Positions 8,855-17,440 of a stretch of DNA of 64,000 bases are shown here, one piece after another. Source of the DNA: Vulcanimicrobiota bacterium (GTDB taxonomy: Bacteria; Vulcanimicrobiota; Vulcanimicrobiia; Vulcanimicrobiales; Vulcanimicrobiaceae). The DNA lies in NCBI GenBank assembly GCA_963820825.1, contig CAWGBN010000003.1, positions 32,001-96,000 of the forward strand, given 5' to 3'. The notes under the pieces are model-generated. The model made no database searches. It was not told where the DNA came from and saw nothing but the letters and a program-made list of their open reading frames with translations. The first letter of the stretch is position 1; every line of letters begins with the position of its first letter. A program made the position numbers and the translations under genes.

Positions 8855-9498
8855 CGTAACGGGCTACCTCTTCAAAATCGGCCAACGTCTCGCTGCCAAC
8901 GTGCGGCTGCAGCCTCGCCACCGCCGCGGGCGCATCGATCGAAAGAAGCCGCCCCGCTTGCGCAAAGGCGGCGACGATCGCTGCGGGTGCGCCGGCGATC
9001 ACGGCACCGGCTTGCAGCGCCGCACTCGTGAGCACGGCGTCGCGCACCGCATCGTTACGACCCTCGATCGCTTCGAGCACGGCCTCGGCGACGAGGCGTG
9101 CCGTTTCGAGGCGCCGCTGTGGCTGCGACGCATCCTGCGCGAGGCTGCGAAAGGCGAGCGCGTAGAGCGCGTCGCCGGCATTGAGACTCTGGCCCAAGCC
9201 CCAGCGCGCCGCGGCCGGCGCCGCCTCATCCGCAAGCTCGTCGTGCAGGATCAAGAAGCGGTCGAAGAGGTCGAAGGCGGCCGCGACCGGCAGCGCGTCG
9301 GCAAGGTCGCCGTTCGCCGCCTCACACGACCAAAGTAGGAGGCTCGGGCGGAGGAAATTCGTCAGAATCGCGCTCGGGAAGGCGCTCCTCGATGATGCGC
9401 GCTGCAACCGAACCGGCCGGAAAGGCGATTCCTCGGAGGTACTCCGCGGTGCGGGCGCGATGATGGCTCAAGGGAATCGGGTCGCGGAGCGTCGTCAT
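8835..9498 (-). pseudogene. Short, degenerate polyprenyl-synthase-like gene with a +1 frameshift near 9355 (possibly a sequencing error)
   Basis: ATG 9498 frame (MTTLRDP...DEF) joins the LRPSLLLW...LHDELAD...LNAGDAL frame if one A of 9355-9357 is removed. Confidence 0.7.
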
Positions 9499-9564
9499 GA
9501 CTGTAAATTCTTCGACCGCTCTCGGGATAGTTGCCTTCCGACAGTGCCAGATGGGGAGATCGCC

Positions 9565-10425
9565 GTGCAGATTGGATCGAACGAACACAAAGAACTCTTC
9601 TGCCGCTCGTTCACGGAATCGCATCGTGCCTACGATCCGCAGGAGTGGCCGTGGCCGCAGCTCGACGACCTATCGCTGGCACGCCTTCGGGCGATCCCGA
9701 TCTGGACGCTCGCGCTCGAGGTCGAGCTCGGCGCCGGTAAAATGCTCGACGCGTTTGCCAAGACCGAGCCCGATCCGTTGGTACGAGATGCGCTTTCGCT
9801 CCAAGGATACGAAGAAGATCGCCACGGGCGCATTCTGCAATGCCTGATCCAGCGTTACGATCTCAAAGTGACGCCGAACGTTCCCAAGCAGGTGCCGACG
9901 CGTGGGGCCTTCACGAAGTTTGGCTACGACGAATGCGTCGACTCGTTCGCCGGCTTCGGCATCTTTCGTCTCGCCCGCGACGCCCGCATTCTCCCCGAGA
10001 CGCTCACCTCGCTCTTCAGTCGCGTACTCGTCGAGGAAGCGCGGCATATCGTCTTCTTCGTCAATTGGATTGCGTGGGACCGGTGCCGGCGAGGACTGCG
10101 CGGGCCGGTGCTGCAGGCGATTCCAACCTTGTTCTCCTACGGGGCCTCGATCCGGCGGCGCATCGCCGGCGGGGCCGAGATGCAGCGCGTGAAGCCGGAG
10201 GGAGAACAGACCGATCTCTTCGGCGACGTGATCAAGGACTTGACGATTACCAAGTTCTTACGCGCGTGCGTCGATGAGAACGATCGCTACATGGCGGCCT
10301 TCGACCCGCGTTTGATCCGCCCGCGGGTCATTCCGGCGCTGGGAAGGTTCGCATTGACGATCGCCGAGACGATCGAACGCATCCGCGCCGCTTTCCCGAA
10401 GTCGGCGCCCCGGTCTACGGGTTAG
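9565..10425 (+). CDS. Ferritin-like diiron-carboxylate protein
   Basis: GGGGAG then GTG 9565; two ExxH motifs (EEDRH, EEARH). Confidence 0.8.
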   Translation: MQIGSNEHKELFCRSFTESHRAYDPQEWPWPQLDDLSLARLRAIPIWTLALEVELGAGKMLDAFAKTEPDPLVRDALSLQGYEEDRHGRILQCLIQRYDLKVTPNVPKQVPTRGAFTKFGYDECVDSFAGFGIFRLARDARILPETLTSLFSRVLVEEARHIVFFVNWIAWDRCRRGLRGPVLQAIPTLFSYGASIRRRIAGGAEMQRVKPEGEQTDLFGDVIKDLTITKFLRACVDENDRYMAAFDPRLIRPRVIPALGRFALTIAETIERIRAAFPKSAPRSTG

Positions 10426-10792
10426 CCTCAGGCCATACCGGCTCGGGCAGATGCTCGTTGAAATATCGCGCTCGCTCCGGCGAGGCGCCGAGCAATGCAT
10501 CGAGGCTCGTCAGCTCGAGCAGCCGCCGCATATTGCTGTCGCCGACGAGCGCTTCGAGCCGGCGCCCTGCGGCGTTGAGGCGTTTGTAGAGCGCAATCAG
10601 CTCGGCGAGCGCGGTGGAATCGAAGAAGCTCGCCTGACGCAAGTCGACGAGAACGTCGCGCCCGCTGCCGATCTCCTGCAACGCGGTGCGCAGCCGGTCG
10701 CGTGTAGCGACGTCCCATTCGCCCCGGAGCGTGACGACGCACAGCTCCTCGAAGGTGGACGCCGCGATCCCCTGATCGCCTTCAGCCTGCAT
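10415..10792 (-). CDS. STAS-domain anti-sigma-factor antagonist
   Basis: LRGEWD, VDLRQASFFDSTAL with conserved Ser, RRLLELTSL. Confidence 0.9.
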   Translation of the reverse strand: MQAEGDQGIAASTFEELCVVTLRGEWDVATRDRLRTALQEIGSGRDVLVDLRQASFFDSTALAELIALYKRLNAAGRRLEALVGDSNMRRLLELTSLDALLGASPERARYFNEHLPEPVWPEANP

Positions 10793-10805
10793 TTTCCGTA
10801 GTGTA
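10793..10805 (-). promoter_or_regulatory. Putative -10 box (TACACT) of a leaderless transcript for the STAS gene
   Basis: TACACT-N7-ATG on the minus strand; no obvious Shine-Dalgarno sequence. Confidence 0.4.
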
Positions 10806-10816
10806 GCGGTTCGGCT

Positions 10817-13465
10817 TTAGAATTTGAAGTAGATGAAGGTTGGCGAGACGCCCTGCCAGGTGAAGAGCTCGAGCGCGAGCAGGAGTCCCGCCAGGGTCGC
10901 CACCTGAGCGAGCTGGGGCAGCCTGGGCCAGCGCGGCTCGATCCCCCAGCGGTGCAGCGCGAGCCGCACCACCGCGAATCCGACGATACCCGCGGCGAGA
11001 ACCGCCTGCCATCCGGCGAGCATTGCCGGCCCCGCACCACCGGCGAAGAGCTGACGATAGACCGCGAGCGCGGTATCGAATGCCGGCGAACGAAAGAGCA
11101 CCCATGCGAGCGATACCGCGACGAAGGTCAGCGCGATGCGGAGTGCGGCAACGACTCCGCGCGGCGGCGCCTTTTCGTGACCGACGCCGGTAACGCGCTC
11201 GACGCAGAGCATAATGCCGTGGAGTCCGCCCCAGGCGACGAAGGTCCACTGCGCGCCGTGCCAGAGGCCGCCCAGGAGCATCGTCACCATCAGGTTGCGC
11301 AGGGTCGCGGTCCGGCCGTTCCGGCTTCCGCCCAGCGGAATGTAGAGGTAGTCGCGCAGCCAGGTCGAGAGCGTGATATGCCAGCGATGCCAGAAATCGG
11401 TAACGCTCGTCGCGAGGTACGGCATGCTGAAGTTCTCCGGGAAGACGAAACCGAAGAGACGCGCGCACCCGATCGCGATGTCGCTGTATCCGGAGAAATC
11501 GAAATAGATCTGCATCGCAAAGGCAAAGAGCGCGCTCCACGCGGCCGGCGCACCCGGATGGCTCGCGATCGAGGACCAATAGGTATTGGCGACAGCGGCG
11601 AACTGATCGGCGATCGCCATCTTCTTGACCAAACCGAAACCCGCGCGCGAGAGGCCGTAGGCGACGTCATCGGGACCGGGCGGTCGCCACGCGAAGAGCT
11701 CGCCGAAGAAGAGTCCCGCGCGAACGATCGGCCCGGCGAGGAGCTGCGGGAAGAAAGCGAGGTAGAGTGCGTAGTCGAGCGGTTTGCGAATCGCCGCCAT
11801 CCGCCCGCGATAAACGTCTACCAGATACGAGATACTTTGAAACGTATGGAAGCTGATCCCGATCGGAACGAAGAGATTGACAAGCCACGGGTTTTGGTGC
11901 ATGCCGAGCAGCGCGGCGACGCTTCCGCTCGCGAAGTTGGAGTACTTGAAGAGGCCGAGAAAAGCGAGATTCGCCGCGACCCCGATCGCGAGCAACGGGC
12001 GCGGGCTGCGTCCGCGCGCTTCGCGCGCACGCTCGAGTGCGATTGCGATGAGAAAGTCGCTCGCCGTGAGGATCCAGAGAAAGAGCACGTACCACGCGTT
12101 CCAACGCGCGTAGAAATAGTAGCTCGTCAGCAGCAGTACCCACCGCCCGGCGCGGCGCGGAAGGCCGTAGAACAGCGCCGCGACGATCGCGACGAAGAGC
12201 CAGAACTCGTACGATTGGAAGGGCAGCGGGATCCCGATGCCGGCGGCCGCCGCGAACCACGAGAGCGAATGATGCTCGCGCGGCGGGCCGCCCTTTGCCG
12301 GCGGCGCCGCGCAACTCCCCTCAGGATGACACGGCAGCTCCGTCGCTCCGTTGAACGCAACGCCGCGGGGAGCGAGGAGCGAAGCGATGTCGCGTCCGAG
12401 CAGGCGGCTGAAGCGCAGGCTTCCCGCGCGGTTGAGATGATCTTCGTCGGCGAAGAGCTCGGGGCGCTCGAGCGCCATATACGCAGCGGAGGGAATCAGC
12501 CGAGCGCCGGTCGCGTCTGCAATTGCGACGAGCGAGCCGCTGGGAGCCTGCGAGGCTTCGCGATGCACCGGCCGCGTCGGAATCCGCACGAAGAAGACCG
12601 GAACGCCGGCCGCCTCGTACTGCGCGGCGATCGGCAGAAGCCATTGCTCCCGGTACTTCGCGTACGATGGGCTCGGTTTTGCAACGGCGAGCACTTGCGT
12701 CGCGATTGCGGTGCGTGCGTCGTCGGTGACGCCGGGCGGATAGGAGATGCCGCCGTTAGCGAAATCGACGCGCAGCCCGGCGAGCGATTCGGAGCGCGGA
12801 TGCGCCGCGCGCGGATCGTAGGCGGGCGCCGCCCTCGCCGCTACGATAGCCGCGAAACGCGCCGGCGGGTCGGCCGCGAACGCTTGAACGTCGTCGCGCA
12901 ACTCGGTACCGCGCCAGAAGAGATCGATGCCATGCTCCACCCGCTCGCGCGGATCGGAGAACGATCCCGCGAGCTTGGGCAGATCGCTCAGCCGCGTCTG
13001 AAAGACGACGTAGCGCAGATCCATCGGACGATCGTCGCCGTCGAGGCTACCGATCGCGGTGTCGTCGTCGGCGTAGGTATCGACGGGGATCACCACCGCA
13101 CGAAAGTGCGCGGTGCGCGGATCGATCGCGCGTACGAAAAAGGGCCAGCAGCGCGGCGTCGTACCGGGAACGCCGCCATTGAGGAAACGTAACGTTCGGC
13201 TCGCGGCGCTCGCGGCGCCGGGATCGAGGCCCGAGTAGATTCGCGAATCGCCCAGAACCAAGACGTCGGTTCGCGGCTGCGGGCGAAGGTCGCGGAACTG
13301 GCCGATGGCGCCCTCAAAACTCCCGGTGCTCGACGAGGGATCGAGCAGATTGCGGTAGAGGGCGGTTCGAAACGCAACGGCGTCGACGAGGGCGAAGATC
13401 GCAAAAGCCGCGGCAACGAGAAGAGCGGCCGTCTTCTTTCCTGACGTCTCGGACGGGAATCGCAC
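10817..13465 (-). CDS. Fusion of an SGNH-like domain and an AlgI/DltB-type MBOAT O-acyltransferase
   Basis: N-terminal TM, LGDSR and DEDH motifs; C-terminal PIGISFHTFQ, DFSGYSDIAIG, FWHRWHITLS, GLWHGA; ends in FIYFKF. Confidence 0.9.
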   Translation of the reverse strand: MRFPSETSGKKTAALLVAAAFAIFALVDAVAFRTALYRNLLDPSSSTGSFEGAIGQFRDLRPQPRTDVLVLGDSRIYSGLDPGAASAASRTLRFLNGGVPGTTPRCWPFFVRAIDPRTAHFRAVVIPVDTYADDDTAIGSLDGDDRPMDLRYVVFQTRLSDLPKLAGSFSDPRERVEHGIDLFWRGTELRDDVQAFAADPPARFAAIVAARAAPAYDPRAAHPRSESLAGLRVDFANGGISYPPGVTDDARTAIATQVLAVAKPSPSYAKYREQWLLPIAAQYEAAGVPVFFVRIPTRPVHREASQAPSGSLVAIADATGARLIPSAAYMALERPELFADEDHLNRAGSLRFSRLLGRDIASLLAPRGVAFNGATELPCHPEGSCAAPPAKGGPPREHHSLSWFAAAAGIGIPLPFQSYEFWLFVAIVAALFYGLPRRAGRWVLLLTSYYFYARWNAWYVLFLWILTASDFLIAIALERAREARGRSPRPLLAIGVAANLAFLGLFKYSNFASGSVAALLGMHQNPWLVNLFVPIGISFHTFQSISYLVDVYRGRMAAIRKPLDYALYLAFFPQLLAGPIVRAGLFFGELFAWRPPGPDDVAYGLSRAGFGLVKKMAIADQFAAVANTYWSSIASHPGAPAAWSALFAFAMQIYFDFSGYSDIAIGCARLFGFVFPENFSMPYLATSVTDFWHRWHITLSTWLRDYLYIPLGGSRNGRTATLRNLMVTMLLGGLWHGAQWTFVAWGGLHGIMLCVERVTGVGHEKAPPRGVVAALRIALTFVAVSLAWVLFRSPAFDTALAVYRQLFAGGAGPAMLAGWQAVLAAGIVGFAVVRLALHRWGIEPRWPRLPQLAQVATLAGLLLALELFTWQGVSPTFIYFKF
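12285..12331 (-). repeat. REP-like copy in frame in the SGNH-MBOAT linker (encodes CHPEGS...KGG)
   Basis: Minus strand reads TGTCATCCTGAGGGGAG...GCAAAGGGC. Confidence 0.5.
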
Positions 13466-13525
13466 CGCAACGTCCCTTGTTCGGAAACGGGTTGGAGGCC
13501 TCTAGGGGAATGTTACTCGATTAGA

Positions 13526-15031
13526 ATGCAGAGCCCGTTCCGGCACCGACACGGCGCGCCCGTGGCCCTCATCACCATCACGGTGATGCTGGGCTTGATT
13601 ATGGCGATCATCGACAGCACGATCGTCAACGTTGCGCTCACGACGATCGGCGGCAACCTCGGTGCGACGGTCGACGAGGTCGCCTGGGTCGCGACCGGCT
13701 ACATCCTCGCCAACGTCGTGGTTATGCCGCTCAACGGATGGCTGACGGCGTATCTCGGTCGCAAGACGTTTTACGCCGCCTCGCTCGCGCTCTTTACCGT
13801 TGCGTCCTTCTTCTGCGGGACGGCGCGCTCGATTTGGGTTCTGGTCTTCTACCGCATCGTTCAAGGGATCGGCGGCGGCGCGCTTCAGCCGACCGCGCAG
13901 GCCATCCTCTTCGAGACCTTTCCGGTCGAGCGGCGCGGTGCGGCGATGGCGATCTTCGGATTGGGCGCGATGGTCGGACCGGCGATCGGCCCGACGATGG
14001 GCGGATGGATCGTCGACAACGCGAGCTGGCCGCTCATCTTCTATATCAACGTGCCGATCGGCATCGTCGCCTTTCTGATGACGCTCGCCTTCATCCCCAA
14101 CCCGAAGTACATCGCCAAGCCGAAAGGCGGGATCGACTGGGCCGGTCTAACGTTGCTGACAGCGGGACTGGCATCGCTGCAGTTCGTGCTCGAGCAGGGA
14201 GAGCGCGACGACTGGTTCCAGTCGCAGACGATCTTGATCCTCAGTGCGATCGCCATCATCGCGCTCGTCCTCTTCGTCATCAAAACGTTGCGTGACGAGC
14301 ACCCGCTCGTCGATCTGAGCGTCTTTAAGTTTCGATCGTTCTCCGTTGGCTCGTTCTTGGGAATCATCATGGGCTTCGGGCTCTTCGGAACCTCGCTGGT
14401 CTTGCCGCTCTTCTTTCAGAACATGCTCGGCTTTACCGCGTTCGATACCGGCATGGCGCTGATGCCGGGAGCAATCTCGACCGCCATCTCGATGCTCATC
14501 GTCGGGCGTATCCTCAACCGCATCGACGGACGATGGTCGATCGTCTTCGGGACGTTGCTATTCGCCTGGTCGACGTGGCTGCTCGGCGGACTCACCGTAC
14601 AAGCCGGCTATTGGGAGGTCTTCTGGCCCCGCGTCGTGCAGGGCTTCGCGCTCGGCTTTCTCTTCGTGCCGCTGACGACGATCTCGCTCGGCGACGTTCC
14701 GGTGCCGAAGCTCGCCGGCGCGACCGGTGTCTTCACCCTGTTGCGCCAGCTCGGCGGCAGTCTCGGCATCGCGATCTTAACGACGCTGCTCACCCATCAG
14801 ACGGCGGTGGCCTGGAACGTGCTCGCGTCGGGGGTGACGCAGAGCCACGGCTATTCGGTCGGGCAGCTCACCACCATGGTCGCGCAGCAGGCGACGATGA
14901 TCGCCTACAACTACATCTTCCGCGTGACGGCCGTCGTCTTCGTTCTCACGACACCGCTCGTCTTTCTGATCAGGCGCCACCCGCCGGCAGCAGCTGCGGC
15001 GGTTGCGGCGCCCGAGCAGAGCGCTGCCTGA
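13526..15031 (+). CDS. DHA2 (EmrB/QacA) family MFS efflux transporter
   Basis: IDSTIVNVAL, GPAIGPTMGG, WPLIFYINVPIG and RQLGGSLG motifs; about 14 TM. Confidence 0.93.
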   Translation: MQSPFRHRHGAPVALITITVMLGLIMAIIDSTIVNVALTTIGGNLGATVDEVAWVATGYILANVVVMPLNGWLTAYLGRKTFYAASLALFTVASFFCGTARSIWVLVFYRIVQGIGGGALQPTAQAILFETFPVERRGAAMAIFGLGAMVGPAIGPTMGGWIVDNASWPLIFYINVPIGIVAFLMTLAFIPNPKYIAKPKGGIDWAGLTLLTAGLASLQFVLEQGERDDWFQSQTILILSAIAIIALVLFVIKTLRDEHPLVDLSVFKFRSFSVGSFLGIIMGFGLFGTSLVLPLFFQNMLGFTAFDTGMALMPGAISTAISMLIVGRILNRIDGRWSIVFGTLLFAWSTWLLGGLTVQAGYWEVFWPRVVQGFALGFLFVPLTTISLGDVPVPKLAGATGVFTLLRQLGGSLGIAILTTLLTHQTAVAWNVLASGVTQSHGYSVGQLTTMVAQQATMIAYNYIFRVTAVVFVLTTPLVFLIRRHPPAAAAAVAAPEQSAA

Positions 15032-15050
15032 GCGTAGCTCGGCGCGCGGA

Positions 15051-15533
15051 TTACTGGCTCGCCACCCGCATGATCGCGTTGCCGCTGACCGGTAGCGAAT
15101 GGGGAAGCCCGGGGTAGTTCAGCAGCGAGTTGAACGTTCCGGTGACCTGGACCGATACGTAGTAGACCGTGTTCGTCGGCGGCCCCGATCCGCTGCTCGA
15201 GCAAGTTTGCGGCGCGCCGCCGTTGACCGAGCAGAGGTGACTCACGACGACTCCATTGCCGGAGGTCCAGTTCGGCAGGTTCTGCGCGTCGGCGACTGCA
15301 GCGTTGGTGATAGCGGTGTTGTCCATTGCCGTCTGCAGATTCTGAGCCCCATACTGCACGCCCGCTCGAGCTGCATTTGCGGCGAGAATCGCGAAATACC
15401 CGTAGCGTCCGATCTCGACGATGCCGATCAGCAAGAAGATCAGCACCGGAGCAACGAGAGCCAACTCGAGCATACTCGTCCCGCGCTCCGAGCGGGCCAG
15501 CTTGCGCAGCTTTGCGCGATACGCCGCGTTCAT
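15051..15533 (-). CDS. TadE/TadF-like minor pilin
   Basis: ERG/TSMLE prepilin motif, TM helix, AARAGVQY. Confidence 0.88.
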   Translation of the reverse strand: MNAAYRAKLRKLARSERGTSMLELALVAPVLIFLLIGIVEIGRYGYFAILAANAARAGVQYGAQNLQTAMDNTAITNAAVADAQNLPNWTSGNGVVVSHLCSVNGGAPQTCSSSGSGPPTNTVYYVSVQVTGTFNSLLNYPGLPHSLPVSGNAIMRVASQ

Positions 15534-16732
15534 TGCGCCAGCACCGCCTGCTTGATCAGACCGCCGTTCGGCGGCGGCGAGGCGAGGACGGTTGAGTTGC
15601 TGCCGTTGAAGTTGCCCGAACCGAAGACGACCACAACGTAGCCGCCGCTCGAACCGTTGAAGTTTGCCGACGTCGAGCCCGGAGCGTAAATCAGTCCGCT
15701 AAACGAGCTGCAGCCGCCGCCGTTGAAGTTCGGGCTGCCGGTGTTGCTCGGCGCTTGATAGTAGAGCACGCCGGCCCGCGGTCCTGAGGTCGGAGCGCTT
15801 ATCGTGACCATCGCGCCGTTGAAGTTCGGCGCCGTGGCGCCCGCAGTGACGTAGATGGTGACGCCGGAGCCCGTGATATTCGCACCGTTGAAATTCGAGC
15901 TGCCGGAGAGTACGTAGGTGCCCCCGGACTGCAGCGTGACGTCCGCCCCGTTGAGGTTTAGGTTGCTGTAGCAGCCCGCGCTCAAGGTTCCTCGGAAGCC
16001 GTTGCCGTTGAAGGAGGTGCACGCATTCGACGCCGGGGGATTGGCGGCGGTGTACGCACAACCGGCGATCTCCGGACAGGGATCGGAGACCGGCAACATT
16101 TTCGAAGGCTTGGCCATCTTGAACGTCGCGCCGTTCTGGTTGGGCGCGGCGCCGGCGTAGCCGATCGAAGTCGTCGAGATCGTCGAACCATTAAAGTTCG
16201 CCGTGTCGTTGATCGCAATGCCGCATCCCGGCGCGCTGAAGTCTGCACCGTTGAAGTTGGCAGAGACGCTCGGACTCAGCAGATAGATGCAAGGGGTGCG
16301 CGGCGTCGCGTTCGTTACGATGGCCGTGGCCTGGGTAGACTCGGCCACGCCACTGCCCATCCCGAACAGGTGTGTGAAAAAGGATGCGACGTGCTGTTTT
16401 CCGATCTGCACGGATACGGCGCAGGCGTTGTTCGCGTACGGGCCGCTTGCCGGCGGGCTTTGCGCGTTGACCGCTACGTTGCCGCCCGAGGGAAATCCGG
16501 AGTTTGATGCATCGTTCTGCGCGGCGGTCGTTGCCGCGCTCCAGTTCGTGCAGTTGGAGTAGACCAGTTGCTGCGCGCCGCCCAGTGCCGCTGCATCGGC
16601 TGCGGACTGCTGCTCGCGCTCGTGATAATCCCAACTCGCGACATCCACGCCCATACCGCCAAAGCCCAATAGGGTTGAAAGGCATATCGCGATGAGCGGC
16701 ATGACTTGGCCGGACTGTCCTGCGTATTTCAT
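15530..16732 (-). CDS. TadG-like tip pilin/adhesin with NFNG repeats (paralog 1)
   Basis: SGQVMPL leader, GVDV, QSAADAAALGGA; seven exact NFNG motifs. Confidence 0.85.
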   Translation of the reverse strand: MKYAGQSGQVMPLIAICLSTLLGFGGMGVDVASWDYHEREQQSAADAAALGGAQQLVYSNCTNWSAATTAAQNDASNSGFPSGGNVAVNAQSPPASGPYANNACAVSVQIGKQHVASFFTHLFGMGSGVAESTQATAIVTNATPRTPCIYLLSPSVSANFNGADFSAPGCGIAINDTANFNGSTISTTSIGYAGAAPNQNGATFKMAKPSKMLPVSDPCPEIAGCAYTAANPPASNACTSFNGNGFRGTLSAGCYSNLNLNGADVTLQSGGTYVLSGSSNFNGANITGSGVTIYVTAGATAPNFNGAMVTISAPTSGPRAGVLYYQAPSNTGSPNFNGGGCSSFSGLIYAPGSTSANFNGSSGGYVVVVFGSGNFNGSNSTVLASPPPNGGLIKQAVLAQ

Positions 16733-16887
16733 GGAAGGTGCCTCCTCGTGACGACGTACGCCGATAGATCAACCGAGCCGTTTAGATAAGCGGCTCGCTA
16801 TGGGGTTGCCGATCGGGAAGCATCGACCGGCCGAAAACGCCGCGCTTCATATGCGAAGACGGCGCCCGCTTGACCCCAAGCCAGGGC

Positions 16888-16918
16888 ATTATGCCAGATG
16901 GGGCGTTAATGCGTCAAC
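16888..16918 (-). promoter_or_regulatory. Sigma70-type promoter TTGACG-N18-CATAAT with extended TG, overlapping a GCGTTAATGCGTCAAC motif
   Basis: Minus strand reads GTTGACGCATTAACGCCCCATCTGGCATAAT, upstream of the gene starting at 16732. Confidence 0.55.
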
Positions 16919-17072
16919 ATTTTTCAACAAAAAACAAGGGGAAGGCCGCGCCCTGGGCTAATAGGCGGGCGTTCGGGCAGTCCGTTTATGGGCTGGCGGG
17001 GTCGTTTTGTTCCCGTCGCTTAGGCTGCCGGTTCATTTAGCATTTTCTTCGCAAAAACAAGGAGAGAAAAGA

Positions 17073-17234
17073 ATGATCGCCACCTTCAATTCCATGCTCC
17101 GCGACGATTCCGGCGCCTCAATGGTCGAGTACGGCCTGCTCCTCGCGTTTATCGCGGTAGTGGCCCTGGTGGGAGTCAAGCTGCTCGGCACGGGACTCAA
17201 CTCGCTCTTCACCAACGTCGCCGGATCGCTCTAA
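17073..17234 (+). CDS. flp: Flp family type IVb pilin
   Basis: AAGGAG RBS; RDDSG/ASMVEYGLL motif; 53 aa. Confidence 0.93.
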   Translation: MIATFNSMLRDDSGASMVEYGLLLAFIAVVALVGVKLLGTGLNSLFTNVAGSL

Positions 17235-17239
17235 GCACC

Positions 17240-17440
17240 TTGAATCTCGAGATTGGGGCGCCATCCCCCGGATCGCGCCCCCCTCGCGGACTCGGGTTGC
17301 CGCAACGACTCGGAACGGGCGTTCTTCTCGTCGAGTACGGCTTGCTTCTGGTGTTGGCGGCAACGATCGGAGCGTTTATCGCTCGGTCTTTTGGCGCGGA
17401 TCTCTCCGCGCTCTTTTCCGTTGCGGCGAGTGCGCTCTAG
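17240..17440 (+). CDS. Divergent Flp-like pilin
   Basis: G/VLLVEYGLL motif with Flp-like C-terminus; atypical Pro/Gly-rich leader. Confidence 0.6.
   Translation: MNLEIGAPSPGSRPPRGLGLPQRLGTGVLLVEYGLLLVLAATIGAFIARSFGADLSALFSVAASAL

Noticed and set aside
6285..13192. Long antisense ORFs (6285-8156, 10952-13192; also 58784-60718)
   Set aside because: Shadow frames opposite well-supported genes in GC-rich DNA, with no recognisable motifs
16733..17072. Possible c-di-GMP riboswitch upstream of pilus genes (CGAGCCG/CGGCTCG hairpin, GGGGTTGCCG)
   Set aside because: The conserved GGCAAA and GACGCAAAGC-type elements could not be found in the right order on either strand; an Rfam covariance search would settle it
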